Assembly (NCBI GenBank): GCA_963764725.1
Contig: CAVXTM010000002.1
Coordinates: 32,001-96,000 of the forward strand
From: an uncultured Gammaproteobacteria bacterium
GTDB lineage: Bacteria > Pseudomonadota > Gammaproteobacteria > JACCXJ01
Length of the DNA: 64,000 nucleotides
Direction of reading: 5' to 3'
Part shown: piece after piece, positions 34,257 to 44,811 of the stretch
Layout: each line of letters opens with the position of its first letter
Numbering within the stretch: position 1 is the first letter of the stretch
Made by a program: the position numbers and the translations under genes
The notes under the pieces: generated by a model
The model's input: the letters and a program-made list of their open reading frames with translations, nothing else
What the model was told of the DNA's origin: nothing
The model's database searches: none

Positions 34257-34823
34257 ATGTCCATAAAATCCGACCGCTGGATCCGGCGCATGGCCGCAGA
34301 GCATGGCATGATCGCACCGTTCGAGCCCGGCCAGGTCCGCGCCAACGGTGACGGCAGGCTTATTTCCTACGGCACCTCGAGCTACGGCTATGATATCCGC
34401 TGCGCCGACGAGTTTAAGATCTTCACCAACATCAATACAACCATCGTCGATCCCAAGAATTTCGATCCGCAGAGCTTTGTTGATGTGACGGCGAGCGTAT
34501 GCATCATCCCGCCGAACTCCTTCGCGCTCGCGCGCACCGTCGAGTACTTCCGCATCCCGCGCAATGTGCTCACCATCTGTCTCGGGAAGTCGACCTATGC
34601 CCGCTGCGGAATCATCGTCAACGTCACGCCCTTGGAGCCCGAATGGGAAGGACATGTCACCTTGGAGTTTTCGAACACCACGCCCTTGCCCGCGAAGATC
34701 TATGCGAATGAGGGCGTCGCGCAGGTGATCTTTATTGAATCGGATGATCCCTGCGAGACCTCTTATCGAGACCGCGGGGGAAAGTACCAGGGGCAGCGGG
34801 GTGTGACCTTGCCGAAGACGTAG
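34257..34823 (+). CDS. dcd: dCTP deaminase
   Basis: [27 protein letters not shown]. Confidence 0.98.
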   Translation: MSIKSDRWIRRMAAEHGMIAPFEPGQVRANGDGRLISYGTSSYGYDIRCADEFKIFTNINTTIVDPKNFDPQSFVDVTASVCIIPPNSFALARTVEYFRIPRNVLTICLGKSTYARCGIIVNVTPLEPEWEGHVTLEFSNTTPLPAKIYANEGVAQVIFIESDDPCETSYRDRGGKYQGQRGVTLPKT

Positions 34824-35091
34824 TTGCGTGTGAAATTAAAGTTCCATCAGGTCGGCGAACCCTTACCTTGGCAAAGGGCGCGCGCGTGTGGTGTCTCAAT
34901 GAGAAGGCCGAGCCTAAAATGTTCAACGCGCGGGTGGTTGGCCGAATCCTCCAGCACGAGTTCGATCAATTCAGAGCCGCGCACGTTGCTGACGGCCATT
35001 AATTTCGCGCTATTAGAGAGCGGTGCCGATTAAGCAAATCCGCACAGCCCTTGCGTCGCCTTAGCGCTCGAACGTGAGCGATCTGGATGAA

Positions 35092-35337
35092 TCACGCCGC
35101 GGCTTGTTCTCTCAACCGGGCGTATAAAGCGTCAGGTGCGAGGTCCGCACCGTTCGGCCAGCAGATAACGCCAAAATCATCGATTTTGAGCTGGCTAAAC
35201 AGCGTCTCATCCCGTAATGGCTCGAACATGGGCCCGAATAACCGTTCCTTAATGGAGACAATACCTCGAACGCCGTCGTCAAATTCAATGTCAATACGAT
35301 AATCGCTTAATGCCCTCGCTCGAAGGACTCTTTCCAC
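35092..35337 (-). CDS. DUF2442 family protein
   Basis: Y.I.IEFDDG, GPMFEPLRD..LF, ICWPNGADLAPD.LY. Confidence 0.9.
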   Translation of the reverse strand: MERVLRARALSDYRIDIEFDDGVRGIVSIKERLFGPMFEPLRDETLFSQLKIDDFGVICWPNGADLAPDALYARLREQAAA

Positions 35338-35342
35338 GACCT

Positions 35343-35603
35343 TTACTCCAGTGGTTCAATAGAAATAAGGGGATCGTGAGCTTCTGCACGCTGCCAGTTT
35401 TCCAGAAGCGTTTCACGATGCAGCTGCGCCCATTCTAGCACCATCGCCAAGGCTCGCCGAGGCAAGCGACCGGCCAGCACTTCCAGCGTTTCTATGCCAA
35501 TCACAACCGCGTCTTTGCCGTAGTATGCGTGGAAATGAGGTCTCCCATGCTCGTCATAGTACATGCGGATCATGATGCCAAAAAATACCGAAATGGTGGG
35601 CAT
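35343..35603 (-). CDS. DUF4160 family protein (TA partner of DUF2442)
   Basis: MPTIS.FFGI.I.MYY.EH..PHFHA.Y, LVLEWA..H...L..NW. Confidence 0.9.
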   Translation of the reverse strand: MPTISVFFGIMIRMYYDEHGRPHFHAYYGKDAVVIGIETLEVLAGRLPRRALAMVLEWAQLHRETLLENWQRAEAHDPLISIEPLE

Positions 35604-35678
35604 ATCAATCCGGCCAGTTTACGCTTACAGTTTTGCACCTGCCACTTCTCCCCAAGTGCAGTGGGGTGCAACAGATTT

Positions 35679-36292
35679 TCAAAGATTCGGAGGCACGAAA
35701 TCGATACCGATGACTTTTAGGCCACATATATTCGAATCGTTTCGGCAGATATGAGCAGCTATGATCTCCAAATATTGAACAAGTCCATTGAAATCAAGGT
35801 TCGTAGCATCGCTCGTCCAGTGTTGTTTTCGTCCCATGTAGCCGAGCACTAGTATGCCGTGCCTGGAGTTGGGTGACCGCAGGTACAAACCGACCAACTG
35901 CTAATGAGCTTGGCCTCGTCAATCGAGTCCAGAAAGAATGTCGCCTCGTCTCGACTGCGATGCCAACGTTGGAATGGCGAAACATCGCCAGCTTCAAGTG
36001 CGTCGTCTAATGGCCCGCTGACGAGTTGGTCGAGCCGGATAAAGAAAGCATGGTGCTTTTGCTGCTGAAGGATATGCGCACGTTCACGCAGCTCTATGGT
36101 TTTGCCGGTGCCGGGTTCTCCGAGTACCACCACGCAACGGCTTTGAAGCAACTTCGGCCAATCACAGCCGCCGCCATCGATATCGAGGCGAGCAAGATAA
36201 CTCTTGTAGGCCCCACCTTCGGGGTCTTCCGTATCTTCGAAGTCGAGGAACCGCCGATCCAAATCCGTAAATTGCCAATCGCGATAGCTCAT
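35679..36292 (-). pseudogene. Internally deleted STAND/NACHT-type ATPase (extreme N- and C-termini only)
   Basis: Walker A VLGEPGTGKT and Walker B FFLDSIDEAKL, joined near 35900 in another frame to LVGLYLR...SRHGILVL...IGIDF*. Confidence 0.7.
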
Positions 36293-36546
36293 GAAAGGAA
36301 TGTTAAACGATAATCGGCCCTTGGCACTGCGCGGGAATTCTAACCGGCGCAAGACGCACCGTAGGATGCCAGCCGCGAAAGGGTGAACGCCAGTTGACCC
36401 CAGCGGTTCCGACCCTAATGGGCCGCGACAACCAAGAGCACAGATGGGTAAATTTCTCCTTGTGCAACGACGAGCGTTGCATTGACCGCGGGAACTTAGT
36501 GGTAATATAGCTCATTAGCTGCCTTATCCATCAAGAGGTTGCCGCC

Positions 36547-37929
36547 CTGAGACGCGAGAAAGTCGTCACGCTTCTTTCCGCCGACGCCCCGCGCGAGCGG
36601 GTGCTCGTCAAGGGCTGGGTCCGGACCCGCCGGGATGCGAAAGGACTCTCATTCCTTGAGCTTAACGATGGGTCGTGTCTCAGAAACATCCAGGTCATCG
36701 TGGACGCCGGAATCGGCAAATATTCCGAAGCAAAAGACCTCGGCACCGGCGCGGCGATTGCGGTCGAAGGCAAGCTGGTCGCCTCTCCGGGGAGTGGGCA
36801 GCAGTGGGAGATCCAAGCCGATAGGATCACGGTCATCGGGACCTGTCCCGAGGATTACCCTCTGCAAAAGAAACGGCATTCCGACGAATTCTTGCGCACC
36901 ATCGCCCACCTGCGCCCGCGCACCAATAAATACGGCGCGCTGTTCCGCATGCGGTCGCGGCTTGCGCATGCTATTCACCAATTTTTCCAAGACCGCGGTT
37001 TCTGCTATATCCATACCCCGATCCTGACCGCTTCGGACTGCGAAGGGGCCGGAGCGATGTTCGGCGTTACCACGCTGGACTTGAGTAACGTTCCGAAGCG
37101 AGACGGACAGGTCGATTTCAGCGAGGATTTCTTCGGAAAGGAGGCGAAGCTGACGGTCTCCGGCCAACTCTCGGGCGAGATGCTCGCGCTCGGGCTTGGC
37201 GAGATCTACACCTTTGGTCCCACCTTCCGCGCCGAGAATTCCAACACCGCCCGCCACATGGCCGAATTTTGGATGATCGAACCGGAGATGGCTTTCGATG
37301 ATCTCGACGCGGACATGGACCTCGCGGAGGAGTTCATCCGCTATCTCGTCACCGACGCGCTGGATCGCTGCCGCGAGGATCTGCAGCTCTTCGCGCGTTT
37401 CGTCGATCCAGCCTTAATGGCAACAGTTGAGAATATCGCCTCGAACGCATTCGAGCGCTTGCCTTACAGCGATGCCATCGAGATCCTGCGGCGCTCGGGC
37501 CAATCCTTCGAGTTCGAGCCGGCATGGGGCGCCGATTTGCAAACCGAGCACGAGCGTTACCTGACCGAGCGTTATTTCAAGAAACCGGTCATCGTCCATG
37601 ACTATCCCAAGGACATCAAGGCGTTCTACATGCGGCTCAATGACGATGGACGCACAGTCGCCGCGATGGATGTTCTGGTGCCGAGGATCGGAGAAATCAT
37701 CGGCGGCAGCCAGCGCGAAGAGCGCTACGATGTACTCCGGTCGCGCATCAACGAGATGGGCTTCGACGAGGGTCACTATTGGTGGTATCTGGACTCTCGG
37801 CGCTTCGGCAGCGTGCCTCACAGCGGTTTCGGGCTGGGGTTCGAGCGCTTCTTGATGCTGGTGACGGGGGTGACCAACATCCGCGACGTGATCCCGTTCC
37901 CGCGCACGCCCAAGCACCTTGAGTTTTGA
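36547..37929 (+). CDS. asnS: Asparaginyl-tRNA synthetase (probable CTG start at 36547)
   Basis: GWVRTRR, YPLQKK, HLRPRTN, FRAENS.T.RH.AEFWMIEPE, GEIIGGSQREER, GFGLGFER. Confidence 0.97.
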   Translation: MRREKVVTLLSADAPRERVLVKGWVRTRRDAKGLSFLELNDGSCLRNIQVIVDAGIGKYSEAKDLGTGAAIAVEGKLVASPGSGQQWEIQADRITVIGTCPEDYPLQKKRHSDEFLRTIAHLRPRTNKYGALFRMRSRLAHAIHQFFQDRGFCYIHTPILTASDCEGAGAMFGVTTLDLSNVPKRDGQVDFSEDFFGKEAKLTVSGQLSGEMLALGLGEIYTFGPTFRAENSNTARHMAEFWMIEPEMAFDDLDADMDLAEEFIRYLVTDALDRCREDLQLFARFVDPALMATVENIASNAFERLPYSDAIEILRRSGQSFEFEPAWGADLQTEHERYLTERYFKKPVIVHDYPKDIKAFYMRLNDDGRTVAAMDVLVPRIGEIIGGSQREERYDVLRSRINEMGFDEGHYWWYLDSRRFGSVPHSGFGLGFERFLMLVTGVTNIRDVIPFPRTPKHLEF

Positions 37930-38109
37930 TCTTGGCGGTTCGTACTACAGGCTGCGGGTTGCACAAGCTCGTTTCGATTCGGATCTCCAGGCGGGCCCGG
38001 CAAGAGGTCGCAGCAGTCCGCGCGCGTTGTCTTCACGCCCAGAAAACCAGGGACCTTCACGTTTTTTTGCGATAAAAAGCTTCTGTTTCTCCACCGCCCC
38101 CGGCCGTTT

Positions 38110-38195
38110 CCGCCCCCGACCGCAATTTGAGACAGGCTACCTTGGGCCGCACCAGGGAACGGTAGACCCGGTAGATCCGGAGCAAAACGCCGTCG
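38110..38195 (-). pseudogene. Short remnant resembling a bifunctional APH-kinase/AAA protein
   Basis: LLRIYRVYRSLVRPKVACLKL resembles the L.FY..YRA.VRAKV..L motif; no flanking similarity. Confidence 0.35.
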
Positions 38196-38199
38196 TCGG

Positions 38200-38228
38200 T
38201 TGACACCGGGAGGTTGATCTCCTAGGCT
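38200..38228 (+). promoter_or_regulatory. Sigma70 promoter for the metZ leader
   Basis: TTGACA (38200-38205), 17-nt spacer, TAGGCT (38223-38228), just 5' of the riboswitch. Confidence 0.75.
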
Positions 38229-38232
38229 AACC

Positions 38233-38286
38233 GTGGCGCCGATTTGATGTCAGCTTGCAGGCGCTTTATAAATTTGGCTAAAGCGA
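38233..38286 (+). ncRNA. SAM-II (SAM-alpha type) riboswitch aptamer
   Basis: GCGCC-GATTTG...TTGCA-GGCGC...ATAAAT...GCTAAA fits the SAM-II pseudoknot consensus; upstream of a methionine biosynthesis gene. Confidence 0.88.
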
Positions 38287-38289
38287 TCC

Positions 38290-38324
38290 AACCTGCTTTA
38301 GCGCAAGCTATCGCGGGTTTTTTG
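38290..38324 (+). terminator. Intrinsic terminator forming the riboswitch expression platform
   Basis: AACCTGC..TAGC-GCAA-GCTA..GCGGGTT followed by TTTTTT. Confidence 0.8.
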
Positions 38325-38357
38325 TTGTGTAATACCCTGCCCATCGCAGCAGGCGCT

Positions 38358-38447
38358 TTAGCGTTGGGGTTTCCAAAGAGGAGTAGTGCAACTCTCCCTT
38401 TTGGTCGCCTGCGGGGTACATGCCCGGCAGGCGAACACTATTTGACT
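38358..38447 (+). repeat. Dispersed ~90-bp two-hairpin element, copy 2
   Basis: Same family as 14538 and 39674; ends just before the metZ SD. Confidence 0.85.
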
Positions 38448-38458
38448 TTGAGGAAGGC

Positions 38459-39646
38459 ATGACCTCGGATTGCGAAAATTGGGGGTTTGACACGCGGGCC
38501 GTCAGGGGCGGACAAGTCCGCACCTCCGAAGGGGAGCAAAGCGAGCCCATCATCGCCAGCTCCAGCTTTGTGTTCGATAACGCCGCCCAAGCCGCGGCCC
38601 GTTTCGCCGGGCAGGAATGCGGCAATATCTATTCGCGGTTTACGAATCCGACCGTCCGGGTATTCGAAAAACGCTTGGCGGCCCTCGAAGGCGGAGCACG
38701 CTGCGTCGCCACTTCGTCGGGGATGAGTGCGATCCTCGCGACCTGTATGGCGCTGCTCAAGATGGGCGATCACATCGTCTCCTCGCACAGCATCTTCGGC
38801 ACCACGGTCGGCTTGTTCAATAACATCCTGGCCAAGTTCGGGATCATGACGAGCTTCGTGCCGCTCACGGACTACGCGGCTTGGCGCGGAGCCCTTCGAT
38901 CCGAGACCCGATTCCTGTTCTTGGAGACGCCCTCGAACCCGCTGACCGAGATTGCCGATCTCGCCCATCTGGCCGCGCTCGCGCACGAGAAGGGGTTACT
39001 CTTGATTGTCGATAACGCTTTCTGCACCCCGGCCTTACAGCGGCCCTTCGAGCTTGGGGCGGATCTCGTGATTCATTCGGCGACCAAGTACATCGACGGC
39101 CAGGGCCGTTGCATCGGCGGCGCGGTCATCGGTCCGGAAGCCTTGGTGGGGGAGGGCATCTTCAATTTCCTCCGCACCGCCGGCCCCACGATGAGTCCGT
39201 TCAATGCCTGGGTGTTTCTGAAAGGCTTGGAGACCTTGAGCATTCGCATGCGCGCCCATAGCGATAATGCGCTGCGGTTGGCTGAAGCCTTGGAGCGGCA
39301 TCCCGCGGTCGAGCGCGTCTATTATCCGGGCTTGCCATCCCATCCGCAGCATGATCTCGCGCGCCGCCAGCAGAGCGGGTTCGGCGGAATCGTCTCATTT
39401 GTGGTGCGCGGCGGCCGCAAGGCGGCCTGGCGCCTGATCGACACGACCCGCGTGTTTTCCATTACGGCCAACCTCGGCGATACCAAGAGCACGATCACCC
39501 ACCCGGCGACCACCACCCACAGCCGCTTGACGCCCGAGGAGCGCATCCAGGCGGGGATCGGCGAAGGCTTAATCCGCATCTCGGCGGGGATCGAGGATAG
39601 TGCAGATTTGATCCGCGATCTGGACCGCGGACTGGCACAAGTTTAA
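38459..39646 (+). CDS. metZ: O-succinylhomoserine sulfhydrylase
   Basis: YSRFTNPTV, SGMSAI, HSATKYIDGQGR, ITANLGDTKSTITHPATTTH. Confidence 0.95.
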   Translation: MTSDCENWGFDTRAVRGGQVRTSEGEQSEPIIASSSFVFDNAAQAAARFAGQECGNIYSRFTNPTVRVFEKRLAALEGGARCVATSSGMSAILATCMALLKMGDHIVSSHSIFGTTVGLFNNILAKFGIMTSFVPLTDYAAWRGALRSETRFLFLETPSNPLTEIADLAHLAALAHEKGLLLIVDNAFCTPALQRPFELGADLVIHSATKYIDGQGRCIGGAVIGPEALVGEGIFNFLRTAGPTMSPFNAWVFLKGLETLSIRMRAHSDNALRLAEALERHPAVERVYYPGLPSHPQHDLARRQQSGFGGIVSFVVRGGRKAAWRLIDTTRVFSITANLGDTKSTITHPATTTHSRLTPEERIQAGIGEGLIRISAGIEDSADLIRDLDRGLAQV

Positions 39647-39673
39647 TTCTAAACACCCCGCCGACAGGCACTG

Positions 39674-39761
39674 TAGCCATTGGGGTTTCCAAAGGGGAGT
39701 AGTGCAACTCTCCCCTTTGGTCAAGGGCGGGTTTATACCCCGCCGGCGAAGCAAAATTGAT
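39674..39761 (+). repeat. Dispersed ~90-bp two-hairpin element, copy 3
   Basis: Perfect CCAAAGGGGAG...CTCCCCTTTGG stem plus GGCGGG...CCCGCC stem. Confidence 0.85.
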
Positions 39762-39974
39762 GCGTCTCACGCCGGTTTCTGAATCTTAGAAATCGGTGCG
39801 TGCAACACGGCGGCGGGCGCATGGCGGAGCGGCGCGCGCGGGTTGCGCATGTGAGTTTGCGCATGTTAGATTGGCGCCGAGATCGATCCCTAATAACCGC
39901 CCGTCTCTTCAAGCCGGCGGCGGTTAAAAAGCAATTTAAAATTCTTGCCCATTCTTAGCGGAGGACCCCCCACG

Positions 39975-41171
39975 ATGGCCGGACGTAATTTCCTGTTTAT
40001 CCCTGGACCGACCAATGTCCCGGAGCGGATCATGAACGCAATGCACATCTCGCAAGAGGACATGCGGGCCTTGGACTTCCCGAATTTCACGCTCCCGCTC
40101 TTCCGGGATCTCAAGAAGATCTTCAAGACCAAGAACGCTCAGGTGTTTATTTTTCCGGCCTCGGGTACCGGCGGGTGGGAGGCGGCGATCACCAATACGC
40201 TATCCCCCGGCGACAAGGTGCTGGCTTCGGGGTTCGGTCATTTCAGTAATCTCTTCATCGATCTCTGCCAGCGGCAAAGGATGGATGTGCAGGCGCTCGA
40301 GGTCGATTGGGGCGAGGGCGTGCCGGTCGAGAAGTACGCCGACATTCTCAAGAAGGACAAGAACTACAAGATCAAGGCCGTGCTCGCCACCCATAACGAG
40401 ACCGCCACAGGTGTCACCAGCGATGTGGCCGCGGTGCGCAAGGCGTTGGACGATGCGAAACACCCAGCCCTGCTCATCGTCGATGGGGTCAGCTCGATCG
40501 CGAGCATCGATTTCCGCATGGACGAATGGGGCGTGGATGTGGCGGTCTCCGGATCGCAGAAGGGCTTCATGTTGCCGACCGGCCTCGCCATCCTCTGTTT
40601 CAGCGAGAAAGCCTTGAAGGCCCGGTTGAGCGCCAAGTGCCCGCGCTGTTTCTTCGACATCGAGGACATGATCAAGGTCAACGTCAACGGCTTCTTCCCC
40701 TACACACCGGCGACGATCATGTTGCGCGGCCTGCGGGCGTCGGTGGACATGCTGCTCGAAGAGGGCTTGAATAAGGTGTTCGCGCGCCATCATCGCATGG
40801 CCGAGGCGGTGCGCCGCGCGGTCGCGGCATGGGGTCTCAAACTGGTGGCTAAGGAACCCAAGTGGCATTCCGATACCGTGAGCGCCATCTACGTGCCCGT
40901 GGGGTTCGACGGCAACGAAGTGGTCCGGCATGCCTACCGGCGATTCAACCTGGCGCTGAGCGTGAGTCTCGCCAAGATTGCGGGTAAGGCGTTCCGCATC
41001 GGTCACTTGGGCGATCTCAACGAGCTCATGGTCCTCACGCCGATCACCGGTGCCGAGATGGCCATGAAGGACCTCGGGATCCCGATCCAGCTCGGCAGCG
41101 GGGTCGCGGCGGCTCAGGAGTATCTGCGCAAGACCGCCAAGGACATCAAGAGCCTGAAGCCGGTGAAGTAG
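39975..41171 (+). CDS. sgaA: Serine-glyoxylate aminotransferase
   Basis: GRNFLFIPGPTNVP, HNETATGV, DGVSSI, GSQKGFMLP, GFFPYTP; clustered with mcl, mtk and ppc. Confidence 0.93.
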   Translation: MAGRNFLFIPGPTNVPERIMNAMHISQEDMRALDFPNFTLPLFRDLKKIFKTKNAQVFIFPASGTGGWEAAITNTLSPGDKVLASGFGHFSNLFIDLCQRQRMDVQALEVDWGEGVPVEKYADILKKDKNYKIKAVLATHNETATGVTSDVAAVRKALDDAKHPALLIVDGVSSIASIDFRMDEWGVDVAVSGSQKGFMLPTGLAILCFSEKALKARLSAKCPRCFFDIEDMIKVNVNGFFPYTPATIMLRGLRASVDMLLEEGLNKVFARHHRMAEAVRRAVAAWGLKLVAKEPKWHSDTVSAIYVPVGFDGNEVVRHAYRRFNLALSVSLAKIAGKAFRIGHLGDLNELMVLTPITGAEMAMKDLGIPIQLGSGVAAAQEYLRKTAKDIKSLKPVK

Positions 41172-41223
41172 TAACCGGTTTCTGATTCCCGGTAATATTA
41201 GGACACGAGGGCAGGGGGATAGT

Positions 41224-42192
41224 ATGAGTCACACGCGATATGAACCCGCGCGCCAGCGCGTGCAGCGCAGCGAGCTTGCGGTACCGGGCTCGAACCCGGC
41301 CATGATCGAGAAGGCGGCCCAGAGCGAGGCGGACTTTGTCTTTCTCGATGTCGAGGATGCGGTGGCGCCCGATGACAAGGAGCGGGCGCGAAAGAATATC
41401 ATTGCCGCGCTCAACGATATCGATTGGAGCGGTAAGACCGTTTCGGTACGCATCAACGGTATCGACACCCATTACATGTACCGTGATGTCGTTGATATCG
41501 TCGAGCAGGCGGGACACAAGCTCGATACGATCCTTATCCCCAAGGCCGGGGTGCCCGCGGACATCTACATGGTGGACGCGATGGTCACGCAGATCGAGAT
41601 CGCCAAAGGCATCAAGCACCGCATCGGGCTCGAGGCGCTGATCGAGACGGCGCTCGGCATGGCCAATGTCGAGGCCATCGCGGCGTGCTGCCGGCGGCTC
41701 GAGGCCTTGCACTTCGGGGTGGCGGATTACGCGGCCAGTTGCCGCGCGCGTACCGTCAACATCGGGGGACTGAATCCCGACTATCCAGGCGATCAATGGC
41801 ACGCGGCGTTGTCGCGCATGGTGGTCGCCTGCCGAGCTTATGGGCTGCGGGCAATCGATGGCCCCTTCGGCGATTTCAACGATCCCGAAGGGTACAGGCT
41901 CGGCGCGCGGCGCGCGGCGGCGCTCGGCTATGAAGGCAAGTGGGCGATTCATCCGAGTCAGATCGCGCTTGCCAATGAGGTCATGTCGCCGCCTGAGAAA
42001 GAGGTCACGCGGGCCAAGCGCATCTTGGTAGCCTTGAAGGAAGCGGCGAAGGCCGGCAAGGGCGCCGCGCAGCTCGACGGCAGGATGATCGACGCCGCCT
42101 CGGCGCGCATGGCGGAGAACATCGTCAATATCGACAAGGCTATCCAAGCCCGCCAGCGGGCCAGACCCACGGCCAAGTCGAAGAAAAAGTAG
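41224..42192 (+). CDS. mcl: Malyl-CoA lyase (CitE/HpcH family)
   Basis: [55 protein letters not shown]. Confidence 0.92.
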   Translation: MSHTRYEPARQRVQRSELAVPGSNPAMIEKAAQSEADFVFLDVEDAVAPDDKERARKNIIAALNDIDWSGKTVSVRINGIDTHYMYRDVVDIVEQAGHKLDTILIPKAGVPADIYMVDAMVTQIEIAKGIKHRIGLEALIETALGMANVEAIAACCRRLEALHFGVADYAASCRARTVNIGGLNPDYPGDQWHAALSRMVVACRAYGLRAIDGPFGDFNDPEGYRLGARRAAALGYEGKWAIHPSQIALANEVMSPPEKEVTRAKRILVALKEAAKAGKGAAQLDGRMIDAASARMAENIVNIDKAIQARQRARPTAKSKKK

Positions 42193-42202
42193 CGAGGTTC
42201 CG

Positions 42203-43381
42203 ATGGACATTCATGAGTATCAGGCGAAAGAGATCCTGAAAGACTTTGGGATCGCGATCCCAGCCGGAGGGCTGGCCTACAGTCCCGAGCAGGCGGTCTA
42301 CCGCGCGAAAGAAATCGGTGGTGAGAAATGGGTGGTTAAAGCCCAGATCCACTCCGGGGCGCGCGGCAAAGCGGGCGGCATCAAGGTCTGCTCCAGTGAC
42401 CATGAGATTTGGGAGACCGCGGACGATCTGCTCGGCAAGCGCCTGGTCACTCACCAGACCGGTCCGCGCGGGAAAGTGGTCCATCGCTTGTACATCGAGG
42501 CGGCGACCAGCATAGAACGCGAGATTTATCTCGGCTTCGTGCTCGACCGCCAGTCGGAGCGCGTGATGGTCGTGGCGTCCGGCGAAGGCGGCATGGAGAT
42601 CGAAGAGATCGCGGTCAAGAGACCGCAATCGATCCTGCGCCAATCAGTGGAGCCCGCGGTCGGCATGCAGGACTTTCAGTGCCGGGAGATCGCGTTCGGG
42701 CTGGGGCTGCCCGCGGCGATGGTTAGCCAGGCGGTGACGACCATTCAAGGCTGTTACCGTGCGTTTCGGGACCTCGATGCCACGATGGCGGAGATCAATC
42801 CTCTCGTGGTGACGAAGGATGGGCGCCTGCTCGCGCTCGATGCCAAGATGGCCTTCGACGACAATGCGCTGTTCCGGCACGCGAGTGTCTCCGAGCTACG
42901 CGACAAATCGCAAGAAGATCCTCGCGAGATGGCGGCTGGGGATCGCGGCTTGAGCTATGTTGGGCTCGATGGAAACATCGGCTGCATCATCAACGGGGCG
43001 GGGCTCGCGATGGCGACCATGGACATGATCAAGCATGCCGGGGGCGAGCCCGCGAATTTCCTGGACATCGGCGGCGGCGCGTCCCCGGAGCGCACCGCGA
43101 AGGCCTTCAATCTGGTGCTTTCCGACGACAAGGTGCAGGCGATCCTGGTGAATATATTCGCCGGCATCAATCGCTGTGACTGGGTGGCCGAAGGGGTTGT
43201 CCAGGCGGTCAAGAAGACCGAATTGAAGATCCCGCTTGTGGTGCGCCTATCGGGCACCAATGTTGAGGAAGGCCGCAAGATATTGAAAGCCAGCGGTCTC
43301 CCGATCATCATGGCCGAGACCTTAGCGGATGCGGCCGACAAAGCTGTCGCCGCCTGGAAGCAAGCAATCGGGAAGGCGTAA
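42203..43381 (+). CDS. mtkA: Malate thiokinase large (beta) subunit
   Basis: [44 protein letters not shown]; context distinguishes it from SucC. Confidence 0.9.
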   Translation: MDIHEYQAKEILKDFGIAIPAGGLAYSPEQAVYRAKEIGGEKWVVKAQIHSGARGKAGGIKVCSSDHEIWETADDLLGKRLVTHQTGPRGKVVHRLYIEAATSIEREIYLGFVLDRQSERVMVVASGEGGMEIEEIAVKRPQSILRQSVEPAVGMQDFQCREIAFGLGLPAAMVSQAVTTIQGCYRAFRDLDATMAEINPLVVTKDGRLLALDAKMAFDDNALFRHASVSELRDKSQEDPREMAAGDRGLSYVGLDGNIGCIINGAGLAMATMDMIKHAGGEPANFLDIGGGASPERTAKAFNLVLSDDKVQAILVNIFAGINRCDWVAEGVVQAVKKTELKIPLVVRLSGTNVEEGRKILKASGLPIIMAETLADAADKAVAAWKQAIGKA

Positions 43382-43395
43382 CGCGGGAGAGTGAC

Positions 43396-44277
43396 ATGAG
43401 CATTTTGATCAACGAAAAAACACCGGTCATCGTCCAGGGATTCACGGGCCAGATCGGGACCTTCCACGCCAAGGAAATGATGGAATACGGCACTAACGTG
43501 GTCGGGGGGGTCACGCCCGGAAAGGGGGGCGGCACGCACCTCGGCAGGCCGGTCTTCAACACGGTCAAGGAAGCGGTGGACGCTACCGGTGCGCAGGCGA
43601 GCATCATCTTCGTTCCGGCGCCCTTCGCCGCCGATTCGATCATGGAAGCGGCCGATGCGGGGATCCGTTATTGCGTCGCGATCACCGATGGGATCCCGGC
43701 CCAGGACATGATCCGGGTGAAACGTTACATGCGTCGCTACCGGGCCGAAAACCGGATGCGACTCACGGGTCCGAATTGCGCCGGGACCATTAGCCCGGGC
43801 AAGGCCATGATGGGGATCATGCCAGGGCACATCTATATGAAAGGCATCGTGGGTATCGTCGGGCGCTCGGGAACGCTCGGTTACGAGGCCGCCTCGCAGA
43901 TGAAGGCCTCGGGGATCGGTGTCACTACCAGCGTCGGCATCGGCGGCGATCCCATCAACGGCAGCTCCTTCAAGGACATCTTGGAACTGTTCCAGGAAGA
44001 CCCCGAGACCAAGGCTATCATGATGATCGGCGAGATCGGGGGCCCGCAAGAAGCCGAAGCCGCTCATTTCGTGAAGGAGAATATGAAGAAACCCGTGGTC
44101 GGCTATATCGCCGGGCTGACCGCGCCCAAAGGCCGCCGCATGGGGCACGCGGGGGCCATCATCTCGGCCTTTGGCGAGAGCGCCGCGGAAAAGGTCGAGA
44201 TCCTCCAGGAATGCGGCGTGACCGTCGCCCCGAGCCCGGCCGAACTCGGGACGACGATGGCGCAGGTGCTCAAGTAG
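43396..44277 (+). CDS. mtkB: Malate thiokinase small (alpha) subunit
   Basis: [21 protein letters not shown] phospho-His motif, VKRYMRRY. Confidence 0.9.
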   Translation: MSILINEKTPVIVQGFTGQIGTFHAKEMMEYGTNVVGGVTPGKGGGTHLGRPVFNTVKEAVDATGAQASIIFVPAPFAADSIMEAADAGIRYCVAITDGIPAQDMIRVKRYMRRYRAENRMRLTGPNCAGTISPGKAMMGIMPGHIYMKGIVGIVGRSGTLGYEAASQMKASGIGVTTSVGIGGDPINGSSFKDILELFQEDPETKAIMMIGEIGGPQEAEAAHFVKENMKKPVVGYIAGLTAPKGRRMGHAGAIISAFGESAAEKVEILQECGVTVAPSPAELGTTMAQVLK

Positions 44278-44352
44278 GTAAGCTAGATGCTCACTGAGCC
44301 AATGTTGGGTGTGGCACGTGTGAACTGAAATGCCAATGAGTAATCTAGGTAT

Positions 44353-44805
44353 ATGGAAGTAGTTGCTGCAATTGTAGGCGTCGTCGTGGGCTTCCTTCTG
44401 AGCGAACTGAAGGAGTGGCACGCTCGCAAGAAAAGGCATGCAGCTTTATGGCAAGCGCTAAACGCCGAGATCGAATTCTGTAAAGAACGAGCCAACACAT
44501 ATTTGCAGGACAACGTAATGGCACCTTTATATAGGCTTCCCCTTTTGTCCTACCAAAACTGCCTTCCAGTGCTGCTGTCTGATGGCGCACTTAAAGAAGG
44601 TGAAACCCGCAATTTAATGGAGTTCTTCACCGAAGTAGAGACACTAAATCGCGGTCTAGATAATGTAGCGGCGATGCGCGAAAAGGGGGATGATAAAATA
44701 CTAAAAGAGGAATACAGCCGCAATCGCCTGAAAGCTGAGCGGCTTGCCGAATCTGGAACTCTTTATTCCAAGGCTATTGCGATAACTCGGGCGTGGAAAT
44801 GCTGA
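44353..44805 (+). CDS. Hypothetical protein with N-terminal TM helix, probable gene cassette
   Basis: Visibly AT-richer than its neighbours; followed by an attC-like site. Confidence 0.75.
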   Translation: MEVVAAIVGVVVGFLLSELKEWHARKKRHAALWQALNAEIEFCKERANTYLQDNVMAPLYRLPLLSYQNCLPVLLSDGALKEGETRNLMEFFTEVETLNRGLDNVAAMREKGDDKILKEEYSRNRLKAERLAESGTLYSKAIAITRAWKC

Positions 44806-44811
44806 TGTTGT

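Noticed and set aside
42203-44277. Calling these genes sucCD
   Set aside because: Sequence signatures and position next to mcl, sgaA and ppc fit malate thiokinase better
42955-44439. Long antisense ORFs (494 aa here; also 41146-42210, 7730-8815, 12088-12963)
   Set aside because: Shadow frames of high-GC genes on the opposite strand, with no recognisable motifs
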